A stretch of 64,000 nt of DNA from Eledone cirrhosa. Its lineage: Eukaryota. Shown in pieces: positions 1-12,263 of the stretch. The stretch spans positions 100,564,001-100,628,000 of the forward strand of contig OZ024746.1 of assembly GCA_964016885.1 (NCBI GenBank), written 5' to 3'. Positions within the stretch are counted from its first letter, which is position 1. The number at the start of each line of letters is the position of its first letter. Position numbers and translations under genes: made by a program. Under the pieces are notes generated by a model, which was given only the letters and a program-made list of their open reading frames with translations, was not told where the DNA came from and ran no database searches.

Positions 1-1141
1 GGGTCACACTGTTCGCTCTCCTGTGAAATGTAATGTAAAATGCCATTTTCTTTTCTTGTCTCTCCACCTTCCCGGTCCATCTCAATACTATTCTATAATT
101 CTGTCAGGTTGTTCTAAATATTATTTGCTTATTACTGTTATATGCTTGTCCAATTATGCCCAAAATTTGAGGATTTTATTTAAACCTTCTCGTTTGTTTT
201 TCTAAAATAACAATCTCGTTCGTTTAATTTTGGCCGAGTGGGTGTTGGACCTTTTCTATAAGCCAACATAGTGAGAGCTATAGACATGTTTCAATCTCAT
301 TGTATCTCCTCAGAAAATTGGCTAGGCTAGAATGGCTAAATATACAGAGAAAAGGGGATTGTGTCAACAAAGGGTAGAAGCAAAAAGGCTATAAAGTATA
401 TCCATATAGGTATGACTGGTTAAGGAGTCACATCACACACATTTTCATGTACAGTCCCACTGTATGGCACCCTACTATAGCTTCAGGTTGACCAATGTGT
501 GCGTTTACTTTTTATGCCCTGTAACTTGGTAGTTTGATAAAGAGATGGATAAAATAATTACCAGTCTTAAAGAAATAAGTACTGGGCTTGATATGACTGA
601 CTAAATCCCTTCAAATGACTGAAATGAATAAAAGAATAGTTTTGAATTTCCCCCTCTACCTTGAATCAACATAATTCATTTCTCCTTTCCTATTTGTATT
701 TGACCGTTGTTTTCTTGCTTAAGTCAATGTACTTTTGCTGAGATCATCTAATAAGATTGAAACATGTCCATTTTGATCATCAGGTTTGCTTATAGACTAG
801 GTCAACTCATACTATATTGCCTAAAATTGTTCTTAAAGGTAGTTTGTCTTAAAATTACAACAGTAGTTTTAATTGAAGTTTTTTTTTTCTATTTGCCATT
901 AAGTTTTGCTTTCAAGAAAGTTTTGAAAATCTGAACATGGAGAAAAAAGTTTCCATTATTAAAATGGTAACCATATTGAATGTTAGACACAATTGAAGTT
1001 TAACCAAAACAGTATTTCGTATGTTGATTGAATTAGTCATAAGTACTATAGCTTTGGACTCAGTTTAACTCTTAGCACCTTATACTGCATGAAATTACAT
1101 TAGCATGACATTCTTGGGAACAACACTATAACTACATTATT

Positions 1142-1325
1142 TTAGCCTTTACATTACTCTATATTTACTAATATATTTTCACGGTAAAGGCTTTATCTCA
1201 CATAATATCAAATCATTTTGAGAACAATACTTCATTGTCAGTATAAGCGGCTGGTTACAGCCAGTTTGAACAGGAGGTGAAAGAATTCTGGCCAGGTATG
1301 GCCAGTTTAAATGCTAAGGGGTTAA
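1142..1325 (+). mobile_element. piggyBac-type (TTAA) MITE, copy 1, degenerate left end
   Basis: Same internal sequence as the other copies (TTTACATTACTCTATATTTACT...CACGGTAAAGGCTTTATCTCACATAATATC...); right end AAATGCTAAGGGG followed by TTAA. Confidence 0.75.
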
Positions 1326-1499
1326 ATATTGAAATCTTTACTCCAATACTGCAAATGTTCAGTGATCTGTTCTCTAGTAAATGGAAGATATGGGGTTTCA
1401 GTTCCTCATAGTGGCCAATGTCAACTTCTTTTAAGGGTCTTCACCCTATTTTGTAAGCTATCTTTATAGCATTTCTATCTTTGAGCACTTTATATAGTC

Positions 1500-3900
1500 A
1501 TACATCGTCATCATCATTTTTACATCCACTTTTCCAGGCTTATATGGGTTGGACAGGTCTTCAGCACAGCATCTCTCCACACATCACAATCCTTTGTCAT
1601 CACCTCTCTGAGTCTGTGATTTGAGGTCAGCTCGTACTCAAGTCTTACTTGGTCTACCTCTACTACACTTCCTTCCACTGGCATTTCTTGGCACTTCTTC
1701 ACTCAACGATCATTGTCCATGTGCATCACATGTCCAAACCAGCGCAGTCTTCTCTCCTATGCACTACCTTGAAGTCCTCTTAAACTCATCTTCTCCCTCA
1801 ACTCATCCAAGCTTTGCCTCTCTCACTTACATTGCACATCCAATGGAGCATGGTTGCTTCATTTCTCTTTAGTCTACACAGGCATCAGTCTTTCGTTTGT
1901 GGTCAACAGAGGAAGTAGCTCTCTGAATTTTGTCCATCTTATCCTTATTCTAGCTATTATGCTCTCAGAGCACCCTCCTCCATTGTTAATTATGTTGCCT
2001 AGATAGAAGCTATCAACCACTTATGAGTCCTTCCTATGACTGGAATAGACTTTACTGGTTACCCTCAGTTACCCCTGTGCATCTTCAACAAAGTCTTCCC
2101 TTCCTGTTAGCTTACTTATCCCACTACATCTCGTGTGTACATTGTATGGAGTTTATGCCTACTCCCTTTCTACATATTGAGCAGGGCCACTTCCCTGAAG
2201 GCATCAGGGTCCTATCTTCTCTCCTACTCACTAGCACTTTAATTTTGGCTAAGTTTACTCTTTGACCTTTTGTTTCTATAGTCAGAACTTATTTTCTAGA
2301 TCTTTAATGGATTCAGCTATAAGCACCAGATCATCTTCATGCTCCCATTGGCAGCCTGACTGAAACTCCTCTGTTAGAGGACTATAATGAATAGTAGTGG
2401 GCTAAGAATTGAACGTTGATGAACGCCTGCTTGTACCTTGAACCTGACTAAACTCATTTCATACTCTCACTTTGCTGACAGCTCCTCTGTACATAGCTTG
2501 CACTGCTCTCACCAACCATTCTTTTACACCTAATCTCCTTAAGGACCACTAGATAATAGATCAGGGTACTTTGTCAAACACTTTTTCTAGGACAACAGTG
2601 GCTTATTTTTGGCTAAGAACTTCTGGTAGTTGCCTCACTAAAAAGTGAGCATCTATAGTACTTTTCCCAGACATGAAACCAAACTGCATTTCGTTTAATT
2701 TGACTCTTTCCCTAATTAGTTGTGCTATAACTCTTTTTGTCACTTTCATAACTTGGTCCTTAGTTTTATTCCTCTATAGTTGCTCGTCTCTAGGGCATCA
2801 CCTTGAAGATGCCCTTGTAGCATTTTACGATTGTATTACTGTGCCAGTCATTGATTGACTATACGGGTTACTAGTTTGTACAGCTCTATCAGTTATTGGG
2901 TATGACACCGTCCTGTATTACCTGATTGACCATACAGGTCACTAGTTTAACTCCTACTTCTGATGCTTTTAGCATCTCAACAACTCTCTCTGATGGTCTT
3001 GCAGCTTTACCATTTTTCATCTCTTTAAAACTTTTAGCTATCAACTTCAGTAGCTGGCCCTTCTATTGGGTGGGTTGTGGGTAGTTTCTCTTCCTACCAT
3101 TCATTCTCTATATTCATCAATCTTTCATAGTAACATTTCTAGGCCTCTTTCTTTTGTGCATCAGTGGTGCTAAATACACCAGTGTTCTTTCTAACACACT
3201 TTCCCCAACATCACAATTCACACTAACACACTACCTTGCGATGAGGAACACTTCACGTCTCTGATCCTCACATCTCAGGACATTGGCAAACTTTCTTTCT
3301 TCAACCTGTCTCCAAGCTGTGTATACTTGTTGTCCAGCTTCTTTCTTAGCCACATGTTGCCGGTCTATGCTACCCTGTCTCTTGGCTTTGATGTCTCCAT
3401 CTACTTAGTTGTTCCACCACCAGGTCACTCTTTGTCTGGCTGGTGCTCTACTCCAGCCACAAGTCATGTCAGTAGTTTGCAAAATGTTGTCATGTAATAA
3501 TTTCTAGTTGTCCTCTTCATCATAGGTATCTAGCTTGTCACTTCTCATCAAATGCATCCCGTAGGGCCTTTCTAAATCTATATTTAATCGACAGTTCCTT
3601 TAGTTTCCAAACCCTTTGTCTCCATATTTTCCTATATATCTTGTTCTGTTTCATGTTTATTTTGTTGTCATTAATAATTAACTTGTGCTGAGCAGTGCAT
3701 ACCCCCCAGGGAAGGCCTTAATATTTATTAGTCCATTTGTCTTGTCTAACAAGTAAATAGTCAATTTGGCTTGTGTGTTCACCTGATTGATATGATATTA
3801 AGTGGCTGGTTCCTGAAATTTGTGTTGTAAATCGTTGGTTCATTTGTGTCACAGAATTCCAGGAGTCTCAATCCCTCTTCATTTAAGCCATAATCATATA
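1500..3900 (-). mobile_element. Degenerate RTE-clade non-LTR retrotransposon
   Basis: Minus-strand fragments read VTWWWN (~3410-3428), QFGFMSGKSTIDA (~2650-2690), VFDKVP (~2570), LSPLLFI (~2395) and DDLVLIA (~2325); (GAT)n-type tail at ~1503-1517; many stops and frameshifts. Confidence 0.8.
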
Positions 3901-3904
3901 TGGT

Positions 3905-5170
3905 GTAGCAACTGTGCACAGAATTATTCATGAAGATCTGAACATGCACAAAATGTTTACAAAGTTTGTTCCCAGGGTGCTCAGTGACAAACAGGAGGAA
4001 GGACAGAGTGAAGGCATCAAAACTGTCCCCTCACCTTCCCTACAGTCCATACCCTGTGACATATGGTTGTTCCCCAAGCTGCAGGAGAACCATTTTGAAG
4101 ACATTAAGGTGAAGGAGGCTGTGACAAGGGTCTTAGACATCTTCACTTTGAAGGACTTCTATTGGGCCTTCATGGAAGTGGTTGGATCACTAAAAGTGCA
4201 TTGAATTCAGGGTATCCTACTTTAAAAGATATTAGAGTTTTGTACTGCCTTGAAATAAATAAGTGTCTCCTGAAGAAGTCTCAAAAATGCTGCAGAAATC
4301 TATGAATTGGTCAAAACTGCTTGTGGACTTTCATGAGCTGGGCAACTGTTTTCTGCTGGCACGAGCAGGTGTGGCAAGGAGAGGGACATCGCAAATTTCT
4401 GGATGAGGTCCGTCATGCATCTCTTCTGACAATTACTAAACAATTTGAAGTTGCTGAGGGCACGCAGAGACATTCATGATGATCTGAACATGCGCAAAGT
4501 TTGTTCCTAGGGTGTTAAATGATCAAATGTAGCGCCGCATTGATGACAGCAGGGAGATAACTCTGAATCCAAGTGTCCTTGAGTCTCTGGTAACCTGTGA
4601 CAAGAGCTATGATCTGGAGATCAAGGGATAGTGCCCAGTGGAAACATTAACTCCCCAAGACCCAAGTAGGCCAGGCAAAGTAAGTCTACTGGGAAGCTCA
4701 TGTTCTTCGACAGCAAGGGCATCAACTACTTCCACAGGGTCCCCAACAGCCAGACAATCAACAAAGAGTATTATGTAGAAGTTTTGAGGCAGTTTAGAAA
4801 GAGATTTTGTTGCAAGAGACAAGAACACTTCAAACAGGTCAATGCCCCCTGCCACAAATACATCCTAGTGACCAACTACTTGACCAATATGGGGTCATGA
4901 CTGTTCCTAATCTTCCCTACAGTACAGACTTAGCCCCATATGACTTCTGAGTGTTCCCGAAACTGAAGAAGCTCAGGGGTATCCGCTTTGAGGATGTGGA
5001 GGAGATGGAGGCTGTGAGGACGCCCTGGACACCTTCAATTTGGAGGAGGCCTTCCAGAAGTGGTTGGAGTGCATTAAAGTTGAATGATCCTACTTTGGGA
5101 GAGACTAGTTTTGTGTTGATCTGAGTTAAACGTCTCTCTAAGTCTCAAAACCTCTTGAGTGTACCTCGTA
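3905..5170 (+). mobile_element. Two adjacent deleted mariner (Tc1/mariner) transposase remnants
   Basis: HRIIHEDLNMHKMFTKFVPRVL (WVPREL-like), PCDIWLFPKL, a DLAPYDF..FPKLK-like motif at ~4927-4968, FFDSKG...TINKEYYVEVL; terminus GTACCTCGTA at 5161-5170. Confidence 0.8.
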
Positions 5171-5179
5171 TATTTATAC

Positions 5180-5700
5180 CAGGCAGCTGTAAAAAGCTAG
5201 CCAAAACAGTCTTGTATGAGCAAGGTCTGGCAAAATCTCCCCATAACAGGAACAGGCAGTTCCACACTGTAAACATGGTTGCTTTTAGGAAGGACATCTA
5301 ACAGCCAACTGGCCAGACTTGCCTCATGAGGGTGATCACTTTGTCCCCCACTGTAGATGTGGTTGGTGTTAGGAAAGGCATCCAACAGCCATAAAAATCT
5401 CAGCCAAATGAGGTCCTGTTATGAACAAGGTTCTGCCCATCTCCCAAATATGAGTCCACTTATGAGCAGAGTATGGTACAGCCAATTACCCAGACCCCTC
5501 CAATAACAGTACCACCCAGTTCCACACTGTCAACATTGTTGGTGTTAGGAAGGGTATCCAGCTGTAAAAAGAATGGCCAAAATAGTCCCGTTTGAACAAG
5601 GTATGGTGCGGCCAAATGGCCTGACTTGTCTCATAGCGTGGACAACCCGTCTGACTCGTGCAAGCATGGAAAATAAGATATTAAATGATGATGGTATACG
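5180..5700 (+). repeat. Tandem fragments of an RTE-tailed SINE (Ceph-SINE-like)
   Basis: Repeated GTTGGTGTTAGGAAGGGCATCCAGC-like motif and tail GCATGGAAAA...TTAAATGATGATG; same family as 7170-7340, 26590-26850 and 41340-41555. Confidence 0.6.
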
Positions 5701-7391
5701 TTACAGGACACACAAAACAGTGTTTAGCATACATTGTCAGCATAAATACAGCGACAGCATTATTTTATGGCCCCTTTCCATGTTGGTATGATTTTAGCTG
5801 GTTGTCATGGCCTGAGACCTGATCAAAGCAACCCATCTTGTTCATTGCATTCAATATTTGGCATGTTTTCTAGAGCTGAATGCCCCTCCTAATGCCAACT
5901 ACTTTTAAGAGTGTACAGGCTTCATTTGTCATGTCACCTGCACTACCATTTTACTGAGGGGATTAAGTCCCTTTTATTATGGCACCAGCACTAGAGAGAT
6001 TGTTGCATGCTAGGCAAGGCTAAAGAATCCTCTAAAACCCTACATCGTTTTCGTTTGATTGCCAGACACTTTAGCGTCCAGTCTCTCACTATTTTTACTT
6101 TTGGTGTCACTGCTTGTACTGGCGCCTGAATCTTTTGTATTATGACATATCACCAGTTAGGTCTGTCCTGGGAACCAACTTTTGCAAGGTGGTTTGGTGA
6201 AGTCATTCTTCACAATTGTCTTCATTGCTCTCCTTCTTTCACAGGTTCCATTTATTTCAAGTGTTAAGCATTTTTTAATACAATTTTTACTCCCCTTGTG
6301 CATCACATGCCCATACCAGCACAATCACCTCTCTTACTCTACATTTGGTTTCTCTTATACTTAACTTTTCTCTCAGTTCACTTGTGCTCTGTCATTCACA
6401 CACACTGACATTTCACATTCTTTTTAGCTTCCACAAATCTTCTGAACTCAAGGCCTATGTCTAGCGGTAGTGCAGTTCAAGTATATGCATCATATAATCT
6501 GCCCTTCACTCTGAGAAAGAATCCTTTTCTTGCCAACAGCACACTGTTCTCACTCTGGTTATAACATTTTTGGTACTTCCACTACTAATGAGATTACCAA
6601 GATAGAAAAGTCTTTCTTCCACTTCCACTGAACTTTCTGAATATTTGAAGTTTATTTCTCGAGTACACTTTCTGTTGACTACAAAGTCTCCCCTCCCTAT
6701 CAGCCAACCTCTGATCACCATACATACACATTCTTTTGATTTCAGTTATTAGATTATGACCATGCTGGGGCACCACATAACTATAGATATATAATATATA
6801 TTTCATAAACAACTTTGTTATAGTTTGAAGAAACCAAATATTTTCTGCATAAAACAGGTTATGTACTAGCATAGATAAAGGTATGTGAAAAGTGGGGGGG
6901 GGGGGGGGTTTAATGGGTTTGTAACTTGAAATTAGGGGCCACATGAATTCATATTTAAGCTTGAGAAAATGTCTGTATATGTAATTGCAAGATTGCATGA
7001 ACAATGTATAAGTTTTTAGCAGATTTAAAAAACACTGACTTATGTTTGTCAGCTGTGTATTATTCGTGTTTTGGATAAGCTTTTAGCAAAAACAAGAAAG
7101 TTCATACTTTGAAAAGCTTATATACAGAACTGGGAAAATTATTTGCTCAGCATATTTTATTTTTTTCCAACCCACATTGTAAAGTGGTTCTGTTGGTGCC
7201 ACCATAAAAGGCACCCAGTCGATGCTGTAAATGTGCTTGGCGTTAGGAAGGGCATCTAGCTGTAGAGACCAAGTAAGACACGGTCACCTGACTTGCCTCA
7301 AATGGGACAACCTGTCTATATGGAATTAAATAATGATGTAAAAGAAAATAAATATTGTAAATAATTTTGTAATCTTCCTTTTCTTTTTCAG

Positions 7392-7477
7392 TGGTACCAT
7401 CATACGGTTACTATTACAGATATGGCATTCCTGGCCAGGAAGCTCTAGCTCAAGGACTTCCTCCTTCCTATTCACCA
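7392..7477 (+). CDS. DAZAP2: DAZ-associated protein 2-like, internal exon (phase 1 to 0): xVPSYGYYYRYGIPGQEALAQGLPPSYSP
   Basis: Acceptor ttctttttcAG, donor GTAAGT, 86 nt. Ends PPSYSP, matching the PPAYSE exon end of vertebrate DAZAP2; in frame with the next exons. Confidence 0.8.
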
Positions 7478-8222
7478 GTAAGTTCCAATAATTAAGACCT
7501 TAACAATTTTTTTAGTGATAAAATGAATTTGTGATTTTGAGATTTGTAACAAGTAATTTTTGTCTTGGTCTTGTTACAGAATCATTTAGTTATTATTAAT
7601 GTTCTTGAAAAATGTTTGCACATTGCATAAAAGCTAATTTTCTTTTCTATGCAGTAGCATAGTGCTCATTGTTTTAAATGGTTTGTTGTTGTTTTTTGGG
7701 GGCTTATGTGTGTTCACTCTTACTGCTTTTTGTTTTGTTTAATCTCTTTCTTAATGCAATTGCTTAGAAAGTTATTTAATATAATTCTTATCCACTAACA
7801 CGTTGCTTAAAATTTGCACTACAAATGCAAGAATTAATCAATCATAAAAGCTTATTTCTTATCCTTTTTGAATTATTATCCACCTTACATGCTGTTAATG
7901 GTTTACAGATGCACAGTGTTCACAGCTTTGCAACAATTATTTTGCATGGATTTAAAATCTTGTAAATTTTATCACAATAAGCCATTGTGATTGTTGTATT
8001 ATTTCCTTGCTTGCTCTCTATCAGCACAATAACATCTTCTGCACTAAGAAACTTCATAATTGTTACCCAATTGTCACCTTTTGCAAAACAACTTCTCTTT
8101 TTAACCATCAGTTTTATTTTTATCTTATATTTTTAGGTCTTGCTCTTGATCTAGCTGTATTTCTTTACACTTACGCTGTCAACATATTATTTCTTGTTGC
8201 TAGATTGGATAACTTTCAATAA

Positions 8223-8255
<33 letters not shown>

Positions 8256-8899
8256 GTGTGTACATATAGATATGGCTTGACAAAACCATTCATTGCATGC
8301 AAGCATGAAAAATTAATCTGGTGGCAATGAAAAGATAAAGAGGAGTGGAGGATGACTTGTAAAAATCTAAGCTAAATACCATGTTAATGTGTGTGTGTGT
8401 ATATCTATCTATATATTAATTTCAACAATGTCAGTATTTCGTGTCACAATTCTTGATTATCATTGGTTCATAGGTTTCAAACGACTCCGCCCACCTCAAC
8501 GACGCCAAACTTAAATTAATATGCATAATGCCAATGAGGGAGTAAGAGGGGAGAGTAAGAAACAGGCAAAGTGAACGCGTGTTGGATACACTATGTATAT
8601 CAGTGTAGACGTGTGTGTGTGTGTGTGTGTGGAAATAAGGGGAAGGAAAGCAATAACTATTAACATGTGTGCGTGTGTATGTACGTGCGCATGTTTGTGT
8701 GTGCAGCGTTCCACAGAAAGTAAAAACTATCATGTGTGTATACGTGCGGCATTCCACAATCGCCACGCAGTTTATCTGTCTGTGTGCCTGTCTGTCAGTC
8801 TAACATACAGAGTTATATATGTGTATATGTATGTGTGAGTATATATATATAAACAAAATTAACTCGGACATCGAATTTTGAGATGCGAGTGTATTAGAA

Positions 8900-9094
8900 T
8901 TCTTAAGAAAATGGGGAAACTTGACGTAAAGAAGCTGTTAAAGCAGCATTGGGTAATCAGCGGCTAGAAGTTAGTCAACCCACTTCTAGCCGCTGATTTC
9001 TATTCTTCAATGTAATGTTTTACCCAACTCCGCTTCGCCGGTATTTTACTGTTTTAACAGCTTCCTTACGCCAGGTTTCCCATTTTCCTACGAA
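8900..9094. repeat. Nested fold-back element (~45-bp imperfect outer arms plus a 17-bp perfect inner stem)
   Basis: TTCTTAAGAAAATGGGGAAACTTGACGTAAAGAAGCTGTTAAAGCAG pairs with CTGTTTTAACAGCTTCCTTACGCCAGGTTTCCCATTTTCCTACGAA; inner AATCAGCGGCTAGAAGT / ACTTCTAGCCGCTGATT. Confidence 0.8.
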
Positions 9095-9500
9095 CATATA
9101 TGTATAAATGTGTGTGTGAAAAAGGAAAAAGCTGCTAGTCAATTAAGTTATTTAGTATGCATTATGTATATATATATATATAATATATATATATATAAAT
9201 GTATATATACTTTAAGAATGTTTCTGATTGCATGTCACTTCTTGTCTGCAAATTTGACCTCATCTATAAAGAATGAGAAATGACTGCAAATGTATAATAG
9301 AACTTCTTCACCTCCTCCTCACTAAAAAATAATTTATTGTAAATTTTAAATAATTCTTTATTCATTTTTTATTTTTTATTTCCATGTGAATGTATATTGA
9401 TTTTAAATTCATTTATTTTTAAGATCCATTTAAAATGCTTTACAATAAATTCCTATACAATTAGATTTGTATTGATCCCCAACCCCTGCTCAATTTAAAG

Positions 9501-9769
9501 TACTGTATTTGACGGCTTATAAGGTGTATTTTTTTTTTTTCCCAAAAAAAAATGTCCTAGAAAGTCACCCTGCATCTTATAAAGTCATGGGTCAGTTTGG
9601 GTTAGTGGAGTTCTAGTGTTGCAGTGGCTCTTACTTTAAATTTTCACACTTCCTTATATTTTAAAAATGTACTAAAATATGACAACTAGAACTACAATGT
9701 AGAATGATAAAAAAAAAAAAAATACGATGTACCACCTTTATACCCTTCACCCGACATTTGTATATCAAA

Positions 9770-9811
<42 letters not shown>

Positions 9812-9853
9812 TGCCTGCCCAAATTAAGGTCTTATAAGCTGTTAAATATGGTA
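9501..9853. mobile_element. TA-flanked MITE with ~23-bp TIRs (Tc2/pogo-like ends)
   Basis: TACTGTATTTGACGGCTTATAAG ... CTTATAAGCTGTTAAATATGGTA; no coding capacity. Confidence 0.7.
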
Positions 9854-10647
9854 ACTTTTTTATTCTTTCTCTTTATTAAAAAAGGGTATTTTTAATGTAC
9901 AAGATTAAACTACTATTAAACAAATATTGAGTCGAGCAAACTCTATTATACAATTATCACTATTAATACTACGACAGCTGTTGTACCTTTTTTAGACATA
10001 GTGGTCTGTTTGGCGCACTGAGAGGCAAGCGATTTCCATTCTTATTTCATTATCAAGTTCGGGGATCTTTCATAAGCGGTAGACAATATGTAAATTCAAA
10101 ACTACATATTCTGGTCATACTCTATAATTCAGCTGACCTGTTACAATAATTTTCAGAATTTTTAACCTTCTGGGCACTCTTGGCACCTTATGTTGCTGAT
10201 AGAGTAATCTCCCTTAATACATAATACATAATACAGTAACAAGGGAAGCAATTCTTTAAAAAATTCAGCATGCTAAAGGTTAATAGTAAAAGGAAAGGAA
10301 ATATCACATGCATGGACATCAAATAATCTCTTTACTCCGTATTGCTGGATAGATTTTACAGGCAAAACTAACCAACAGGAGACCCCAAGCAAGATGGTTG
10401 GATAACATCCATGAGCTTGGCTGGTCTCACTTGGGGATCCAGCCGGATCAGATGGTTACTTCTGACAGAACCCTTCACCCTCTCGGGAATAAGTGGGCGA
10501 AGAAGAGAATGTTTAGAATTATGCCAAACATTTGAAAATAAAGAATTTAAGGATTTAGTAGTATACGATTATCAAGCTGGTGTTTGGAATATAACTTGAA
10601 GGTTCTTACATGAAATTCTGATAGATTTTTAGATCAATATAAACACT

Positions 10648-10853
10648 TTAACCCTTTACCATTTACATTACTCTATATTTACTATTGTATTTTCACAGTA
10701 AAGGCTTTATATCAAATCTATGAGATTTTGATATTATTTATTTTGAGAACAATACCTTAACATCGTTATAAGCAACCGGTTATGGCTGGTTTGAACAGAA
10801 TGAGATGAGAGAATTTTGGCTGGATATGGCCAGTTTAAATGCTAAAGAGTTAA
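10648..10853 (+). mobile_element. piggyBac-type (TTAA) MITE, copy 2
   Basis: TTAA-CCCTTTACCATTTA ... TAAATGCTAAAGAG-TTAA. Confidence 0.85.
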
Positions 10854-11192
10854 GTTTTAAATGTAGAACCTAGGACAGTTTCAAAGGTTTGGTATCAAAA
10901 GGGTTAAAAAAAAACTATGGAAAAAAATTGCTGCAATAAATACTTTGTTGGCTGAACTCTGGAGTAATACAGTTTGTCATTTCATTTGTTTACATTTCAT
11001 CTACTGCTTACAAAGGATCAGCTCCTCAAGTTATGGTAAGACTCCCAATATAGAAATGTCCAAACTAGTAAAATGTGGGTCATTGACACTTGCATGGAAA
11101 ATGGATATGAAACAGTAATAAAAGAAAACTGGCTTAAGACTAGTTAGACAGTTAAATGTTGACCCTATTTTAATATATTGTTGAAATTTCAG

Positions 11193-11288
11193 TCTCCAGC
11201 ATCAACGATCCCCCAGCAGACAATGCTCGTACATGGTGCATATGATGCTGGAGCCCGTTTTGATGGAATATCTGGCCAAATGATACCT
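11193..11288 (+). CDS. DAZAP2: DAZAP2-like exon (phase 0 to 0): SPASTIPQQTMLVHGAYDAGARFDGISGQMIP
   Basis: Acceptor aaatttcAG, donor GTAAGT, 96 nt; contains the DAZAP2 signature LVxGxYDAGARF...IP. Confidence 0.92.
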
Positions 11289-12063
11289 GTAAGTTGCTTG
11301 TTGAACAATTTTGTTAATATCTAAAAGTTGGATTCTGCTGTAATCTATTGCTATGTTGTTGTTATTTTTTTTCTTGTTTTTGTTTTGTTTTTTTTTTTTG
11401 TTTTTTTTTTTTTCATTGTTTTTTAATTTTTATTCCTGCATGCTTGCATCCTTTCACATTTGGCATCGGGGAAGAAATATGTGCATTATTTCATGTAGTT
11501 TTGGTATTTTATGTTGTTTTGCTAAAGCTACATTTAAACAATTTTTTTTTCTCCTTTCTTAGATATAAGGATTATTTCAATCTTTCAGTCTGTTGTCTTT
11601 CTCTCGCACACAATTAGGCAGATCAACTGAGCAAAATGTTTAATCACAAAAGCCTTAGTTAATTAAGCTTTAGTTTCAATGGTGGGAGGTGCCTGACAAT
11701 GTAGAGCCTATGTATATCTCGTGTAACCATGGATCTACACATGGAAAGTTCCTCTCTAAGTTGCAAGCCTAAATGAGGTTTTTTTTATGGGAAATCAGCT
11801 GACACCCATGCATGCAAGACCCCACCCCACACTTTTTTTTTTTTTTTTCTGATGCAGCCTAGCACTAGTAGTGATGCCTCAGACTTACTTAGAGTGTAGT
11901 GGGCCAGAAGAGATAGTGCAAAGTATCAACTCCAACTCTCCCTCTAACAATTCTGCCAACCCAACACTCGAGACTATCAACCCCAAAAGAATGAAAGGCA
12001 AAGTTAACTTCTGTGTGACTTGAACTCAGATCATCGAGAATCAGAACAAATACAGTGTGGTAT

Positions 12064-12263
12064 TTAACCCATTAGCATTTACATTACTCTATATTTACTA
12101 TTATATTTTCATGGTAAAGTCTTTCTCACATAATATCGAATCTATGCGGTTTTGATATTATTTATTTTGGAAACAATACCTTAACAATATGAGTGGCTGA
12201 TTATGGCCGGTTTGAACAGAAGAGGTGAGAGAATTATGGCCAGTTTAAATGCTAATGGGTTAA
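12064..12263 (+). mobile_element. piggyBac-type (TTAA) MITE, copy 3
   Basis: TTAA-CCCATTAGCATTTA ... TAAATGCTAATGGG-TTAA: perfect 14-bp TIR. Confidence 0.9.
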
